A DNA stretch of 64,000 nt from Candidatus Palauibacter irciniicola (GCA_009836005.1 VXWG01000088.1:17169-81168), one strand, 5' to 3'. Shown: positions 32,713-43,553, counted from the first letter of the stretch. A program made the numbers and translations. Notes: generated by a model from the sequence alone, not told the origin.

Positions 32713-33788
32713 CCCCGCTCATCGCCGAGCACTTCCCACGTCACTCCATCGAACTCCCGCAGCAGGTCCGCGCCGTACGCGGAAGCCGGGGTCTGATAGC
32801 CCGCCTTGACGTCCCCGGCGAGCGCGCGTGCCGCGATGGCGACGGCCACCGTCGCGGTGAAGCCGTAGGGGTCCGGCGTCCGCACGCGCGCCACCGCCCG
32901 CCTCCCCTCCGCGTCTTCGATCTCCGCGACCAGGATCGCGTGCGCCGTCCGGCGCGCCGACTCGGTCGGCCCCTCCGGCCCGCGGTCGAGCAGACGGTTC
33001 AGCAGAGCCTGTCCCGTCCGCGCGGCCAGAAGCGGACCGAAGCCACGCAGGATCCGCGTGAGGCGCGTGAAGCTCCGGGTCGCCTGCAGGTATGTCTCGA
33101 TGTTCGGTATTCCCGTGGAATGGAAGGCCGTCGTCACGTCTCCCAGCACCCCGACGAGCGCGGCGTCCGGCGGGGGTCCGAACTCGAACGCGTGACGCAG
33201 TTGGCCGGGCCGCACGGTCGCGATCGCTCCGTCGCGCCGGATCCGGAACTGCCCGATCGCCTGGGCGACCGTGCGCATCGTGCCGCGGGAGGCGCCGCTC
33301 CGGGCCGCGAGGCCCAGCCGCAGGGTGCGCCCGCCCGGGTGCCGCGCGGCGAGGTCCGCGATCAGGCAGTCGCTCGGGACGACGTCGAACCCCACGCCCG
33401 GCAGGACCATGATGCCGGCCGCGGCGGCCTCCGACCCGCGCGCGGCCAGCGCTTCGAACACATCGACCTCCCCGGTGATGTCGAGATAGTGCGCGCCCGT
33501 CTTCAGGCAGGCGTCGTACATCGGGAGGGCCGTGCGCGAGAACGGTCCCGCGCAATGAAGGACGACCGAAACGTCCTCCAGCGCGCCGGCAAGCGCGGCC
33601 GGGTCGTCCAGTCCGAAGGCGCGCGTCTCCAGTCCGTGCGCCGCGGCCCCGGGCGACGCCAGCGCGGCGAGCTTCTCCGGGTCCCGGCCGGCGGCGACGG
33701 GCCGCAGCCCGGACCGCACCGCCTCGGCCACCGCGAGCCGCCCGGTATATCCCGTGGCGCCGTAGATGAGCAGTTTCGGTTCACGCAT
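32709..33788 (-). CDS. saccharopine dehydrogenase family NAD(P)-binding protein
   Basis: N-terminal motif LIYGATGYTGRL. Family-wide similarity. Confidence 0.75.
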   Translation of the reverse strand: MREPKLLIYGATGYTGRLAVAEAVRSGLRPVAAGRDPEKLAALASPGAAAHGLETRAFGLDDPAALAGALEDVSVVLHCAGPFSRTALPMYDACLKTGAHYLDITGEVDVFEALAARGSEAAAAGIMVLPGVGFDVVPSDCLIADLAARHPGGRTLRLGLAARSGASRGTMRTVAQAIGQFRIRRDGAIATVRPGQLRHAFEFGPPPDAALVGVLGDVTTAFHSTGIPNIETYLQATRSFTRLTRILRGFGPLLAARTGQALLNRLLDRGPEGPTESARRTAHAILVAEIEDAEGRRAVARVRTPDPYGFTATVAVAIAARALAGDVKAGYQTPASAYGADLLREFDGVTWEVLGDERG

Positions 33789-33814
33789 GTCCCCAACCTA
33801 CGGAGCGACTCGCC

Positions 33815-34447
33815 ATGCGTCTGCTGCTGTTCAGCGATCTCCATACCGATCTCGCGGCCGCCGCGTCGATCGTCGGGCGGGCCGCCGGCTTCGACGCGGT
33901 CGTCGGGGCGGGCGACTTCGCGGTGAAGCGGCGCGGCCTGGACACGATCATCGAGGTCCTGGCCGCGATCGAAACCCCCACCGTCCTCGTACCGGGAAAC
34001 GGCGAGTCCGCCGAGGAACTCTCCGCGGCGTGCCGCGACTGGCCGGCGGCTCACGTCCTGCACGGAGAGGGCGTCGACATCGGCGGCGTGCCCTTCTTCG
34101 GACTCGGCGGCGGCGTACCGGTGACCCCGTTCGGCTCCTGGAGCTACGACTTCACGGAAGACGAGGCGCGCAACCTCCTCGCGCCGTGCCCGGAGGGCGC
34201 CGTGCTCGTATCCCACTCCCCCCCGCTCGGCCACGCCGACGCCGACGCGTCGGGTCGCCACATGGGCAGCACAACCGTCCTCGAGACCATCGAACGCACC
34301 CGCCCCCGCCTCGTCGTCTGCGGCCACATCCACGGCTCGTGGGGCGTCCGCTCCCGCGCCGGCGACACCCCGATCGTCAACGCCGGCCCCGCAGGCGTGG
34401 AGTGGCGTCTGAAAAGTCGCGGAATGCCCGGAAACCCTGTAGATTAG
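33815..34447 (+). CDS. metallophosphoesterase (calcineurin-like)
   Basis: Calcineurin-like phosphoesterase motif elements DLH, GD, GNGE and GHIH. Confidence 0.75.
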   Translation: MRLLLFSDLHTDLAAAASIVGRAAGFDAVVGAGDFAVKRRGLDTIIEVLAAIETPTVLVPGNGESAEELSAACRDWPAAHVLHGEGVDIGGVPFFGLGGGVPVTPFGSWSYDFTEDEARNLLAPCPEGAVLVSHSPPLGHADADASGRHMGSTTVLETIERTRPRLVVCGHIHGSWGVRSRAGDTPIVNAGPAGVEWRLKSRGMPGNPVD

Positions 34448-34528
34448 CGGGTCTTACCGAGTGCGGCCGGGCTCCCCCGGCCGCCGCGTCCTCGAGGATT
34501 TCGAACACGCCAGTTCCAGCGGGAATCC

Positions 34529-37027
34529 ATGACCACCGAGAGTATAGAACGCGTCGAGCAGAGACCGCTCGAAGAAGAGATGCGCGAATCGTTCATCGAC
34601 TATTCGATGAGCGTCATCGTGCAGCGTGCCCTGCCGGACGTGCGCGACGGGCTGAAGCCGGTCCACCGGCGGATCCTGTACGCGATGCACGAGGCCGGCC
34701 TCGGCCCCACCCGGCCCTACCGAAAGAGCGCCACCGTCGTCGGTGACGTGATCGGCAAATACCATCCGCACGGCGATTCGGCCGTCTACGATTCGCTCGT
34801 CCGCATGGCGCAGGAGTTTTCGCTCCGCTATCCGCTCGTCGACGGCCAGGGCAACTTCGGGTCCGTGGACGGCGACTCCGCCGCGGCCTACCGGTACACC
34901 GAGGCCCGGCTCGCCGGATTCGCGAGCGAGCTTCTCGGGGACATCGAGAAGGACACGGTCGACCACACCCCGAACTTCGACGATCGGCTGCAGGAGCCGA
35001 CCGTGCTACCCTCCGCGCTCCCCAACCTCCTCGTCAACGGCTCGTCGGGCATCGCGGTAGGCATGGCGACGAACATTCCCCCGCACAACCTCCGAGAGGT
35101 GGCCGCCGCCTGCCACCGTCTCATCGAGGCGCCCGATACGACGCTCGATGATTTGATGGAGATCGTCCGGGGCCCCGACTTCCCCACCGGGGGCACGATC
35201 TTCGGCGGGGCCGGAATCCGCGAAGCCTACCGGCAGGGCCGCGGCCGGGTCGTGATGCGTGCGAAGGCGGATATCGAGGAGGGACGGGACGGCCGCGATC
35301 GCATCATCATCCGCGAGATCCCCTTCATGGTGAACAAGACCCGCCTCATCGAGCAGATTGCGGGTCTGGTGCGCGACAAGAAGATCACGGACATCTCCGA
35401 CCTCCGCGACGAGTCCGACCGGGACGGGATCCGGGTCGTCATCGAGCTGAAACGCGACGCGGTGCCGCAGATCGTCCTGAACCAGCTCTTCAAGGGCACG
35501 CAGCTGCAATCCACCTTCGGCGTCATCATGCTCGCGCTCGTCAACGGCGAGCCGCAGGTGATGGACCTCAAGACGATGCTCGGACACTTCCTCGAGCACC
35601 GGCACGAGGTCGTGGAGCGGCGGACGCGCTTCGAGTACGGCGTGGCGAAGGACCGCGAACACGTCCTCGAGGGGCTCAAGGTCGCGGTCGACAACATCGA
35701 CGAAGTCATCCGCATCATCCGTGCCTCTCCCGAGACGGAGGTCGCGAGCGCCGAACTCCGCTCGGCCTTCGATCTCAGCGAGCGCCAGGCCGACGCGATC
35801 CTGAACATGCGGCTCGCGCGCCTCACGGGCCTCGAAATCGAGAAACTCGAGGAGGAACTGGAGAAGGTCCGCGCGCGCCGGCAGGAACTCGAGGCCATCC
35901 TCGCCTCGCGCGACCGGCGGATGGAGATCGTCGGAGAGGAGTTGTCGGTCCTCGTCGACAAGTTCGGGGACGAGCGCCGAACCGAGATCGTGCCCGACAC
36001 CTCGGACCTCACGGACGAGGACCTCATCGCCGAAGAGCGGATGGTCATCACCGTCTCGCACTCCGGCTACATCAAGCGCATCGAGCCCCAGGTCTACCGG
36101 GCGCAGCGGCGCGGCGGGCGCGGGATCGCGGGCATGGGCACGAAGGAAGAGGACTGGGTGGAGCACCTCTTCCTCGCCTCGACCCACGACTATCTCCTCA
36201 TCTTCACGACTGCGGGCCGTATGTACTGGCTCAAGGTGTACCAGATTCCACCCGCCCGGCGGACCGCGCGCGGGAAACCCATCGTGAACCTGCTCCAGAT
36301 GGCGAAGAACGAGAAAATCGCTTCGATCGTCAGGGCACGGGAGTTCACCGACGACCGCTTCCTCATCTTTGCCACCCGCCGGGGTCTCGTGAAGAAGACG
36401 AGCCTCGCCGCGTACCGGAACGTGCGCGCGCCGGGCTTGCGCGCCATCAACATCCTCGAGGACGATCGGCTCATCGACGTCAAGGTCAGCGATGGCTCGA
36501 ACGATGTCGTCCTTGCGACCCGGCGGGGGAGGGCGATCCGGTTCTCCGAAGCGGACGTGCGGGAGGTTGGGCGCGTCGCCCAGGGTGTGCGCGGCATCAG
36601 GCTACAGAAGGGGGACACCGTCGTCGGAATGGTGGTTGCGCGGCGGGGCGGCTCCCTCTTGACCGCGACGGATCTGGGGATCGGCAAGCGGAGCAACGTA
36701 GACGACTACCGACTCACGCGACGCGCCGCACAGGGCGTGATCAACCTGAAGGTCACCGAGAGGTCGGGCGAGGTAGCGGCGGTCCGGGAAGTGACGGACG
36801 ACGACGAGTTGATGTTCGTGACCCGCAACGGCGTCATCAACCGGCAACGGGCGGAGGAGATCCGCGTGATCGGGCGCAACACGCAGGGCGTGCGGCTCGT
36901 TTCCCTCGACGAGGGAGACGAACTCGTGGATGTCGCGGGTCTGATCGATCCGGTCGGAACGGATCCGGCGGAGGACGATCTCCCGGAGGACGAGCGCGCG
37001 GAGGATGATCGCCCGGAGGCCGAGTGA
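34529..37027 (+). CDS. gyrA: DNA gyrase subunit A
   Basis: Active-site Tyr region, QRDR, C-terminal beta-pinwheel repeats with a GyrA box. No gyrB is adjacent. Confidence 0.9.
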   Translation: MTTESIERVEQRPLEEEMRESFIDYSMSVIVQRALPDVRDGLKPVHRRILYAMHEAGLGPTRPYRKSATVVGDVIGKYHPHGDSAVYDSLVRMAQEFSLRYPLVDGQGNFGSVDGDSAAAYRYTEARLAGFASELLGDIEKDTVDHTPNFDDRLQEPTVLPSALPNLLVNGSSGIAVGMATNIPPHNLREVAAACHRLIEAPDTTLDDLMEIVRGPDFPTGGTIFGGAGIREAYRQGRGRVVMRAKADIEEGRDGRDRIIIREIPFMVNKTRLIEQIAGLVRDKKITDISDLRDESDRDGIRVVIELKRDAVPQIVLNQLFKGTQLQSTFGVIMLALVNGEPQVMDLKTMLGHFLEHRHEVVERRTRFEYGVAKDREHVLEGLKVAVDNIDEVIRIIRASPETEVASAELRSAFDLSERQADAILNMRLARLTGLEIEKLEEELEKVRARRQELEAILASRDRRMEIVGEELSVLVDKFGDERRTEIVPDTSDLTDEDLIAEERMVITVSHSGYIKRIEPQVYRAQRRGGRGIAGMGTKEEDWVEHLFLASTHDYLLIFTTAGRMYWLKVYQIPPARRTARGKPIVNLLQMAKNEKIASIVRAREFTDDRFLIFATRRGLVKKTSLAAYRNVRAPGLRAINILEDDRLIDVKVSDGSNDVVLATRRGRAIRFSEADVREVGRVAQGVRGIRLQKGDTVVGMVVARRGGSLLTATDLGIGKRSNVDDYRLTRRAAQGVINLKVTERSGEVAAVREVTDDDELMFVTRNGVINRQRAEEIRVIGRNTQGVRLVSLDEGDELVDVAGLIDPVGTDPAEDDLPEDERAEDDRPEAE

Positions 37028-38022
37028 CCCGCGCGACCGCGACCCTCGTTTCGCTCGCCGACGTCGAGGCCGCGCACGAGCGGATTCGCGGAGCGGTTCG
37101 GCGCACGCCTCTGATCCCCGCCCCGTTCCCGCGCGCGGGCGGACGCGGGGCGACCGACGCGCCGGACGGCGTATGGCTCAAGTGCGAGAACCTCCAGCGC
37201 GTCTCCGCCTTCAAGGCGCGCGGCGCGTACAACTACGTGAGCCGGCTCTCGCCGGAGGAGCGGGCCGCCGGGCTCCTCACCTACTCGTCGGGCAATCACG
37301 CGCAGGCCGTGGCGTGGGCCGCGCGCGCGTTCGGCGTGCCGGCGCGGATCGTGATGCCCGTCGATGCGCCGGACGTGAAACGCGAGGCGACGATCGCCCT
37401 CGGGGCGCAGGTCGAACTCGAGGGTACGACGTCCGCCGAGCGCAAGGCGCGCGCCGAGCAGATCCAGCGGGAAGTCGGCGGGACGATGGTGCCGCCGTTC
37501 GACGACCCCGACATCATCGCGGGACAGGGGACCGTGGCGCTCGAGATCATCGAGCAACTCGGCTCCCGGGAGCCGGGGATGGTGCTGGCTCCGATCGGTG
37601 GCGGAGGGCAACTGTCTGGCGTCGCGGCCGCGGTGCGGCGCCGGTGCCCCGAGGCCGAAGTGATCGGCGTCGAGCCTGAGGGCGCCGCCTCGATGCTGCG
37701 CTCGCTCGAGCACGGCGCGCCCGTCACGCTCGACCGCGTGTCCACGGTCGCCGACGGCCTCAAGCCGGTGCGCCCCGGCGATCTCACCTTCGCCCACTGC
37801 CGCGACCTGGTGGACCGCGTCATCACCGTCGACGACGAGGCGATCCGCGACGCCGTGCGCTGGCTCTTCGGCCTGCGGCTGATCGTGGAGCCCTCCGGAG
37901 CGGCCACGGTGGCGGCGCTGCTCAGCGGCGCGGCGGCGCCCGCGGCTCGGGGCGAGACCGTGGCGGTCCTGTCCGGCGGCAACATCGAACCCGCGCTCCT
38001 CGCGGACTGGATCGGCGGTTGA
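37024..38022 (+). CDS. PLP-dependent threonine/serine dehydratase family enzyme
   Basis: PLP-lysine motif SAFKARGA, then [11 protein letters not shown] and a glycine-rich loop. No ACT regulatory domain. GTG overlaps the gyrA stop as GTGA. Confidence 0.8.
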   Translation: MTRATATLVSLADVEAAHERIRGAVRRTPLIPAPFPRAGGRGATDAPDGVWLKCENLQRVSAFKARGAYNYVSRLSPEERAAGLLTYSSGNHAQAVAWAARAFGVPARIVMPVDAPDVKREATIALGAQVELEGTTSAERKARAEQIQREVGGTMVPPFDDPDIIAGQGTVALEIIEQLGSREPGMVLAPIGGGGQLSGVAAAVRRRCPEAEVIGVEPEGAASMLRSLEHGAPVTLDRVSTVADGLKPVRPGDLTFAHCRDLVDRVITVDDEAIRDAVRWLFGLRLIVEPSGAATVAALLSGAAAPAARGETVAVLSGGNIEPALLADWIGG

Positions 38023-38741
38023 CCGTCTCCAACGGGGCTGCGGGACGGGCCGCGAAGCTCGTGCTGTTCGACATCGATGGGACGCTGGTGCACGCCGCGG
38101 GGGTCGGCCGCGCGGCCATCGAGGGCGCGATGATCGAGGTATACGGGACGCCAGGTCCCATCGACGATCTCCCTTTCGACGGCATGACGGATCCTCAGAT
38201 CGTGCGCACCCTCCTCCGCGCCGAAGGCCTCTCCGAGGCCGAGATCGCGCCGGCGTTCGATCGGCTGTGGCCCGCCTACGCGGCCCGGCTGGAGGGCGAG
38301 ATCGACGAGCGGCGCGACCGGATGCGCCCGACGCCGGGCGTCCCCGAGATCCTGGATGCGCTCGAGGCGGAGGGGGCGACGCTCGGGCTCCTGACCGGCA
38401 ACATCGTCGCCGGCGCCAAGGGCAAGCTCTCGGCGGTCGGGCTCTGGGGCCGCTTTCCGTTCGGCGCCTTCGGCTGCGATGCCGCGGACCGGAACCGCCT
38501 GCCGCCCATCGCGCTCGAGCGGGCCTTCCGCCACACCGGAACGCGCTACGGCCCCGGCCGCACCTGGATCATCGGGGATACCCCGCACGACATCGAGTGT
38601 GCCCGCGGGTCCGGCCTGTCCGTGCTCGGCGTGGCCACCGGACGCTTCTCCGTGGACGACCTCCGCCGCGCCGGCGCCGACGAAGCGCTTCCTTCGCTCC
38701 AGGACACCGGCCGCGTGATGTCGGCTCTGGCAAGCGCATGA
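38019..38741 (+). CDS. HAD-superfamily hydrolase (phosphoglycolate phosphatase-like)
   Basis: DxDGTL motif (LFDIDGTL). TTG start overlaps the upstream stop as TTGA. Confidence 0.75.
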   Translation: MTVSNGAAGRAAKLVLFDIDGTLVHAAGVGRAAIEGAMIEVYGTPGPIDDLPFDGMTDPQIVRTLLRAEGLSEAEIAPAFDRLWPAYAARLEGEIDERRDRMRPTPGVPEILDALEAEGATLGLLTGNIVAGAKGKLSAVGLWGRFPFGAFGCDAADRNRLPPIALERAFRHTGTRYGPGRTWIIGDTPHDIECARGSGLSVLGVATGRFSVDDLRRAGADEALPSLQDTGRVMSALASA

Positions 38742-40171
38742 ACCAGAGCCCGAAACGCGATCCGAAGGCGTATCGATTCGACGTCCACCTCGCGGGCGAG
38801 GAGGTACGGCCCCAGGTCTCGGTCGTCTGCACGCCCGCCGGGATTCACTTCGAGGACCGGCAGATCCCGCTCGCGTCCGTCTTCTGGGTCTCGCGGCGGG
38901 CCGGCCTCATCCTCGTCTTCGCCCGGCGGCACACCGTCGCCTTCTTCGGGGACAGCGGAGACCTGGAGGATTTCGCCCGCACCGTGGAACGGGGGAGCGA
39001 CGTGGCGGGCCGCCGGTCCCTCCTCAGGCCGCTGGCCGCCGACGTCGTCGTGTGTACCGCCGGCACCGCGATCGCGGGCAGGATCGGCGACGCGCCCCTC
39101 GAGGGACTCTACCTCGCGGTGTTCACGAGGCGAGGGCTGCATCTCTTCGCCGAAGAACACGAGTACACCCTGCGCTGGCCGACCGAGCACGCCGCCGAAG
39201 CGGTCGACGACGCTCGTGGGGATGGCCGCCCCGTCCTCGAACTCGCCAAGGGCGATGCGTCCTTCGAGATTCGCTATCTCTTCCCGGAGGAAATCCGCGC
39301 CGTCCTCGAGGTGGCCGGCACCGTCCCGGCGCCTCCGGACACCGACGACGCACTGGAGATGTTCGACAAGGGGGAGGTCGCACGGCCGCTGCGGGCGCGC
39401 CTGCCCGATTTCTCCGTGGGCGCGGATACGCTGCAGAGCGTGTGCGAGGCGGCGGTCGAACGCGTGCGGATCGACCCGTCCATCGGCGAGAGCTTCGATC
39501 GGCGCTACTTCGAGCGACACTTCCGGACGCTCGGGGAGATCGCGCTGGGCCCGCTCATGCTGCGGCGCTCCGCCGCGCTCGAAGCCGACTCCGTCGCCGG
39601 CGCCGTTCAGGCCATGGATGCGGAGCAGATGAGGCAGGACGCCACGGCCGCCTTTCGAGGCGCCGCGGAGGAGCTGGTACGGGTGTACACGGCCGAAGTT
39701 CAGGCGGTCGTCCGGACCCGGCGTCTCGACCGGGACAAGGGCGAGAAGGCGCTGGCCGTGGCGGAAGAGCCCGGCCTGCGGGAGACGATGTCGAAGCACA
39801 TCGACGACCTGAGCCCCGCGTTCGACGCCGCGCTGGCCCGGCAGCAGCTCCTCGTGCAGCAGTTGCACGCGCGCGATCTCGCCCCGCCGGAGGCGGAGGA
39901 AGCGAGCGTCGAGGAGGCGATCCGCGCCTGGACGGATGAGGTGACGAAGCTCGACCGGGGATACGTCTCCGCGGCCGCCGCGGCGCTCCTCGAAATCGCG
40001 GCCCTGTGGTCCGATCGCATGATCCCCGGTCTCCGGGCGCTGGCAGCCCTGCGCGCCCGACGCTTGTCGAAGCGGGCCCGATGGGCGATTCTCGCGATAG
40101 TGACGTTCTTCGTCGCCGCCGCGCTGGCCTGGCTGGCCCGCGACCTGATCCCTGGCTGGCCCGGGATCTGA
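38738..40171 (+). CDS. hypothetical tail-anchored membrane protein
   Basis: The ATG overlaps the HAD stop as ATGA. Two internally similar N-terminal modules of about 100 aa each, which I guess are bacterial-PH-like. A coiled-coil-like middle. A single C-terminal TM (WAILAIVTFFVAAALAWLA). No family recognised. Confidence 0.6.
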   Translation: MNQSPKRDPKAYRFDVHLAGEEVRPQVSVVCTPAGIHFEDRQIPLASVFWVSRRAGLILVFARRHTVAFFGDSGDLEDFARTVERGSDVAGRRSLLRPLAADVVVCTAGTAIAGRIGDAPLEGLYLAVFTRRGLHLFAEEHEYTLRWPTEHAAEAVDDARGDGRPVLELAKGDASFEIRYLFPEEIRAVLEVAGTVPAPPDTDDALEMFDKGEVARPLRARLPDFSVGADTLQSVCEAAVERVRIDPSIGESFDRRYFERHFRTLGEIALGPLMLRRSAALEADSVAGAVQAMDAEQMRQDATAAFRGAAEELVRVYTAEVQAVVRTRRLDRDKGEKALAVAEEPGLRETMSKHIDDLSPAFDAALARQQLLVQQLHARDLAPPEAEEASVEEAIRAWTDEVTKLDRGYVSAAAAALLEIAALWSDRMIPGLRALAALRARRLSKRARWAILAIVTFFVAAALAWLARDLIPGWPGI

Positions 40172-40196
40172 TTCAGGACAGAGGGAGTTACGACAG

Positions 40197-40961
40197 ATGG
40201 CAAGGAAGATGGCACAGCAGACGAGCGCTCCCGCGCGCAAGAACCGGTGGTTCCCGATCGCCCTGGTCGTCATCGTGGCCGCCGGCGGGTACTGGCTCTT
40301 CGTGGGGGGCGGACAGGCCGGCTCGGGTCCGCCCGCGACACACCCGGACCTTCTCGAGGTCCTGGCCGAGGCGGAGCCCGATGCCTCCGTCGGCGTGGCG
40401 ATCGGACCCGAGTCCGCGCCGATCACGATCGAGGAGTTTTACGACCCTTCCTGCCCCCACTGCGCGACGTTCGCGGGCTTCGCCGGCAAGCTGCTGCGCC
40501 AGAACTACGTCGAGACCGCGAACGCTCCCGTGCGCTGGGTCTCATACGACTACATGGTCGGTTTCCCCAACTCCGTCGCGGCCTCGCTGGCCGCGCGCTG
40601 TGCGGGTGAGCAGGGACTCTACTGGCCGGTGCACGATCTGATCCTCTCGCGTCAGACGCGGTGGTATCAGCTCACCAACCCCGGAGATGCCATCGCGGAG
40701 ATCGCGGCTCAGGCCGGCGTCGATGCCGATGCCTGGAACGCGTGCATGCGCGAGCGTCGCCCCCTCGTGGATATCGCCAAGTCCCACCAGTTCGGCGTGT
40801 CCCGCGGGGTGAACTCCACGCCCACCCTCTTCGTCGACGGGGTGCTCGTGGACCTCGGGGGGGTGGAGCCCTACACGCACATCGAGGGCCTCATCCAGGC
40901 CCGGCTCGAGGAACTGTCGTCCGGGAGCGATGCCTCGGAGAGTGGACAGGGAGCACCATAA
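40197..40961 (+). CDS. dsbA: DsbA-family thiol:disulfide oxidoreductase, membrane-anchored
   Basis: N-terminal TM anchor and the CPHC active site. Confidence 0.75.
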   Translation: MARKMAQQTSAPARKNRWFPIALVVIVAAGGYWLFVGGGQAGSGPPATHPDLLEVLAEAEPDASVGVAIGPESAPITIEEFYDPSCPHCATFAGFAGKLLRQNYVETANAPVRWVSYDYMVGFPNSVAASLAARCAGEQGLYWPVHDLILSRQTRWYQLTNPGDAIAEIAAQAGVDADAWNACMRERRPLVDIAKSHQFGVSRGVNSTPTLFVDGVLVDLGGVEPYTHIEGLIQARLEELSSGSDASESGQGAP

Positions 40962-40964
40962 CCC

Positions 40965-41405
40965 ATGAGTGAGTTGAACCGGCGCCGGGGGATCGCGCTC
41001 CTGGCGCTGGCCGGCGCCTTCCTCTCCACCTACCTCTTTCTCTACGCGCTCGGCTACTACGGCGAACTCGCGTGCGGCGCGGGTGGCGGCTGCGACCTCG
41101 TGCAGGGATCGCGCTGGGCCCGCTTCCTCGGATTCCCCGTGGCCGGCTGGGGCGTGGGCTGGTACGCGGCCGTGTTCGGCGTCTCGATGCTGGGGACCCG
41201 GGACGGCATCGGCGCCGCCGGCTGGATCCCGCGGGTGCTCGCCGTGCTCGCCCTGGGCGGACTCGCCTTCACGATCTACCTGACGGCGCTCGAACTCTGG
41301 GTCATCCACGCCATCTGCCGCTGGTGCGTGGGAAGCGCCGCCATCACCCTCGGAATCTTCCTCCTCACCCTTCCCGAGTTCCGCGCGCTCCGCCGCTCGG
41401 GCTGA
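40965..41405 (+). CDS. vitamin K epoxide reductase (VKOR) family protein
   Basis: Loop cysteine pair CGAGGGC and active-site CRWC within a four-TM core. It follows dsbA by 4 nt. Confidence 0.8.
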   Translation: MSELNRRRGIALLALAGAFLSTYLFLYALGYYGELACGAGGGCDLVQGSRWARFLGFPVAGWGVGWYAAVFGVSMLGTRDGIGAAGWIPRVLAVLALGGLAFTIYLTALELWVIHAICRWCVGSAAITLGIFLLTLPEFRALRRSG

Positions 41406-41420
41406 CGCGCCCGAGCCGGG

Positions 41421-42362
41421 TCAGGAACCCGGCGGGCGGAGTTCGTTCCAGCGTTCGATGAAGGCCACCGCGGCGTTGACGAAGATCTCGGTGGCGACGC
41501 GGCCGCGTTCCACCGTCGCTTCGGCCGGATGTCGCGTGCCCCACACGCCCGTGGACGACATCTCCGCCGACGACGTGCCCTTGCCCGTCGACTCATCCTT
41601 GAGCCCCTCGGCGAGGAACACGGCAAGCGCCGTCGGGTCGCCGGCCAGCACGTCCGGGAGCATCGCCTCCAGGTGGGCCGGCATCGTGACCTCCGCCGGG
41701 ACCGCCGCGTCGATGTCCACCAGCGTCGGCATGAGATAAAGCGAACTCGAGGTCTCGGGCGTCCCGCCATGACGGTCGAGTTCGTCGGGCGGCGGCGCCG
41801 GGACGGAGGCCATCCGCTCCCGATCCCGGAAGCGCCCCGACACCGTGCCCAGGTCCACGGCGATCCCCGCCGTCTCCTGGTTGATCCGGTCCACGATGAA
41901 CGTCGTGATGGCGCGGTTCCCTCCGTGGGCGTTCATGATCAGGAAGCGCTTGAAGCCGTGCGCGATGAGGCTCTTCACCGCCTCGACGTACACCTCCTGG
42001 ATCAGCGTCGAGGGCAGCGTGATCGTCCCCTCGAACCCCATGTGATACGGGGACTGCCCCGGCAGCAGGATCGGAGCCACCAGCACGTCGGCCCGCTGCG
42101 CCACGAGCTTCGCCTGCTCGACCCCGTTCAGGTAGTCGGTGCCGATCGGCAGGTGGTTGCCGTGCTGTTCCAGCGCGGCGACCGGGATCAGGACCATGTC
42201 GCTGCGCGCGAGAAAGTCCCGCACCTCCGGCACGGTCATGTGCGGCAGGTAGTTCTTCACCTTCTCCTGCGTCCACAGCGGGTTCGTCTGCGCGGACGCC
42301 GCCGGAGCGAGGGAGAAGAGGAAAGCCAGCGAAAGCAGTGAGATGGGCAGGGACCGTCGCAT
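41421..42362 (-). CDS. creatininase (creatinine amidohydrolase) family protein, secreted
   Basis: Signal peptide ending ASAQT. Family-level similarity, including HGGN. Confidence 0.75.
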   Translation of the reverse strand: MRRSLPISLLSLAFLFSLAPAASAQTNPLWTQEKVKNYLPHMTVPEVRDFLARSDMVLIPVAALEQHGNHLPIGTDYLNGVEQAKLVAQRADVLVAPILLPGQSPYHMGFEGTITLPSTLIQEVYVEAVKSLIAHGFKRFLIMNAHGGNRAITTFIVDRINQETAGIAVDLGTVSGRFRDRERMASVPAPPPDELDRHGGTPETSSSLYLMPTLVDIDAAVPAEVTMPAHLEAMLPDVLAGDPTALAVFLAEGLKDESTGKGTSSAEMSSTGVWGTRHPAEATVERGRVATEIFVNAAVAFIERWNELRPPGS

Positions 42363-42399
42363 GGGACCTCTCCTGTCGTGCTGGTAGGCCCCCGGGGTT

Positions 42400-43290
42400 T
42401 CAGGCGGTCGCGCGCCAGAACCCTTCCAGCGCCTCTCCGTCCGGCGAGGCGCGCAGCTTGTCGAAGGCCCGGTTTCGGATCTGCCGGATGCGCTCGCGGG
42501 TCACGCCGAGGAGCGAACCGATCTCCTCCAGCGTCATCTCCTCGCCGTCGTCGAGGCCGTAGTAGAGGACGAGGATCTTCCGCTCGCGCTCGGTGAGGTA
42601 GCGCTCGAACATCTTCTCGAGGAACTCCCGGCGCGCCTGGTCCTCGACATCCTCCTCGATGTCCGCGTCGTCCATCCCGGAGAAACGCTCCCCGAAGGAC
42701 GCGCTGTCGCGGTCGGACTTGTCGAGCGGCGCGTCGAGGCTGAGTTCGGCGGAGGCCACGCGCCGCAGGGCGCGCACCGTCTCCACCGGCTCCTCCATCT
42801 CCTCGGCGATCTCACGGTCCGTCGGCGAGCGCCCCAGCTTCTGCGTGAGCGCCGTCTCCGTCCGGGAGAGCTTGACGAGGTTGGAGTTCTGGTTCAGCGG
42901 GATGCGCACGGAGCGGGTCTGCTCGGCCAGCGCCTGCAGCACCGTCTGCCGGATCCACCACACCGCGTAGGAGATGAACTTCACGCCCTTGTCGGGATCG
43001 AACTTCTTGACCGCCTTGAGCAGGCCCTCGTTCCCGATGCAAACGAGTTCGGCCAGGTTGAGGCCCCGGCCCTGGTACTTCTTCACATACGAGATCACGA
43101 AGCGCAGGTTCGCCGTGACGAGGCGCTCCGCCGCGTGGCGGTCGCCCGCCCGCGCCTTCCGCGCGATCTCCCGCTCGATCTGCGGGTTCTCGATGAGCGG
43201 ATAGCGCTCGACATCCTGCAGATACTGGTCGAACGAGTCGAGCGCGTGCGTGTCGAAGAACATGCGTCGGCTGGTAGCCGTCTTCGCCAT
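42400..43290 (-). CDS. sigma-70 family RNA polymerase sigma factor (short RpoD/group-2-like)
   Basis: Regions 2.1 to 2.4 (NLRFVISYVKKY, IGNEGLLKAVKKFDPDKGVKFISYAVWWIRQ), region 3 and region 4.2. ATG at 43290. A 100-bp AT-richer leader lies upstream. Confidence 0.85.
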   Translation of the reverse strand: MAKTATSRRMFFDTHALDSFDQYLQDVERYPLIENPQIEREIARKARAGDRHAAERLVTANLRFVISYVKKYQGRGLNLAELVCIGNEGLLKAVKKFDPDKGVKFISYAVWWIRQTVLQALAEQTRSVRIPLNQNSNLVKLSRTETALTQKLGRSPTDREIAEEMEEPVETVRALRRVASAELSLDAPLDKSDRDSASFGERFSGMDDADIEEDVEDQARREFLEKMFERYLTERERKILVLYYGLDDGEEMTLEEIGSLLGVTRERIRQIRNRAFDKLRASPDGEALEGFWRATA

Positions 43291-43393
43291 ATGAAATCCG
43301 AATCCTGACCCGGGTCGGTTGTCCGATCGCTCTTGATACAAACCTGAAATGATAGAGAAAACCGGAGCGAACCGCACGTTTTCCCGACTGCTT

Positions 43394-43546
43394 CTACCCC
43401 GGACCCCCCGCTCCGGCTCCCTCGCCGCCCCGGCCCGAAGCCGGGGCCGCCGCGCGTTCCCGGCGCCGCAGGCGGAGGAGATACCAGCACAGCGTGACCC
43501 AGGTGATGCCGTATCCGGCGCCGATGAACAGCCAGTGATCGTTCAT
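43394..43546 (-). CDS. ccmD: heme exporter protein CcmD (50 aa, not in the ORF track)
   Basis: Translates as MNDHWLFIGAGYGITWVTLCWYLLRLRRRERAAAPASGRGGEGAGAGGPG. One TM followed by a basic stretch. ATG lies 7 nt after the ccmC stop, with GGAGGAAGGG just upstream. Confidence 0.6.
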   Translation of the reverse strand: MNDHWLFIGAGYGITWVTLCWYLLRLRRRERAAAPASGRGGEGAGAGGPG

Positions 43547-43553
43547 ACCCGGT

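Noticed and set aside
42363-42399. CCCCGGGG palindrome downstream of the sigma-factor gene as a terminator
   Set aside because: It is only a 4-bp self-complementary core with no loop and no U-tract. That is too weak to call.
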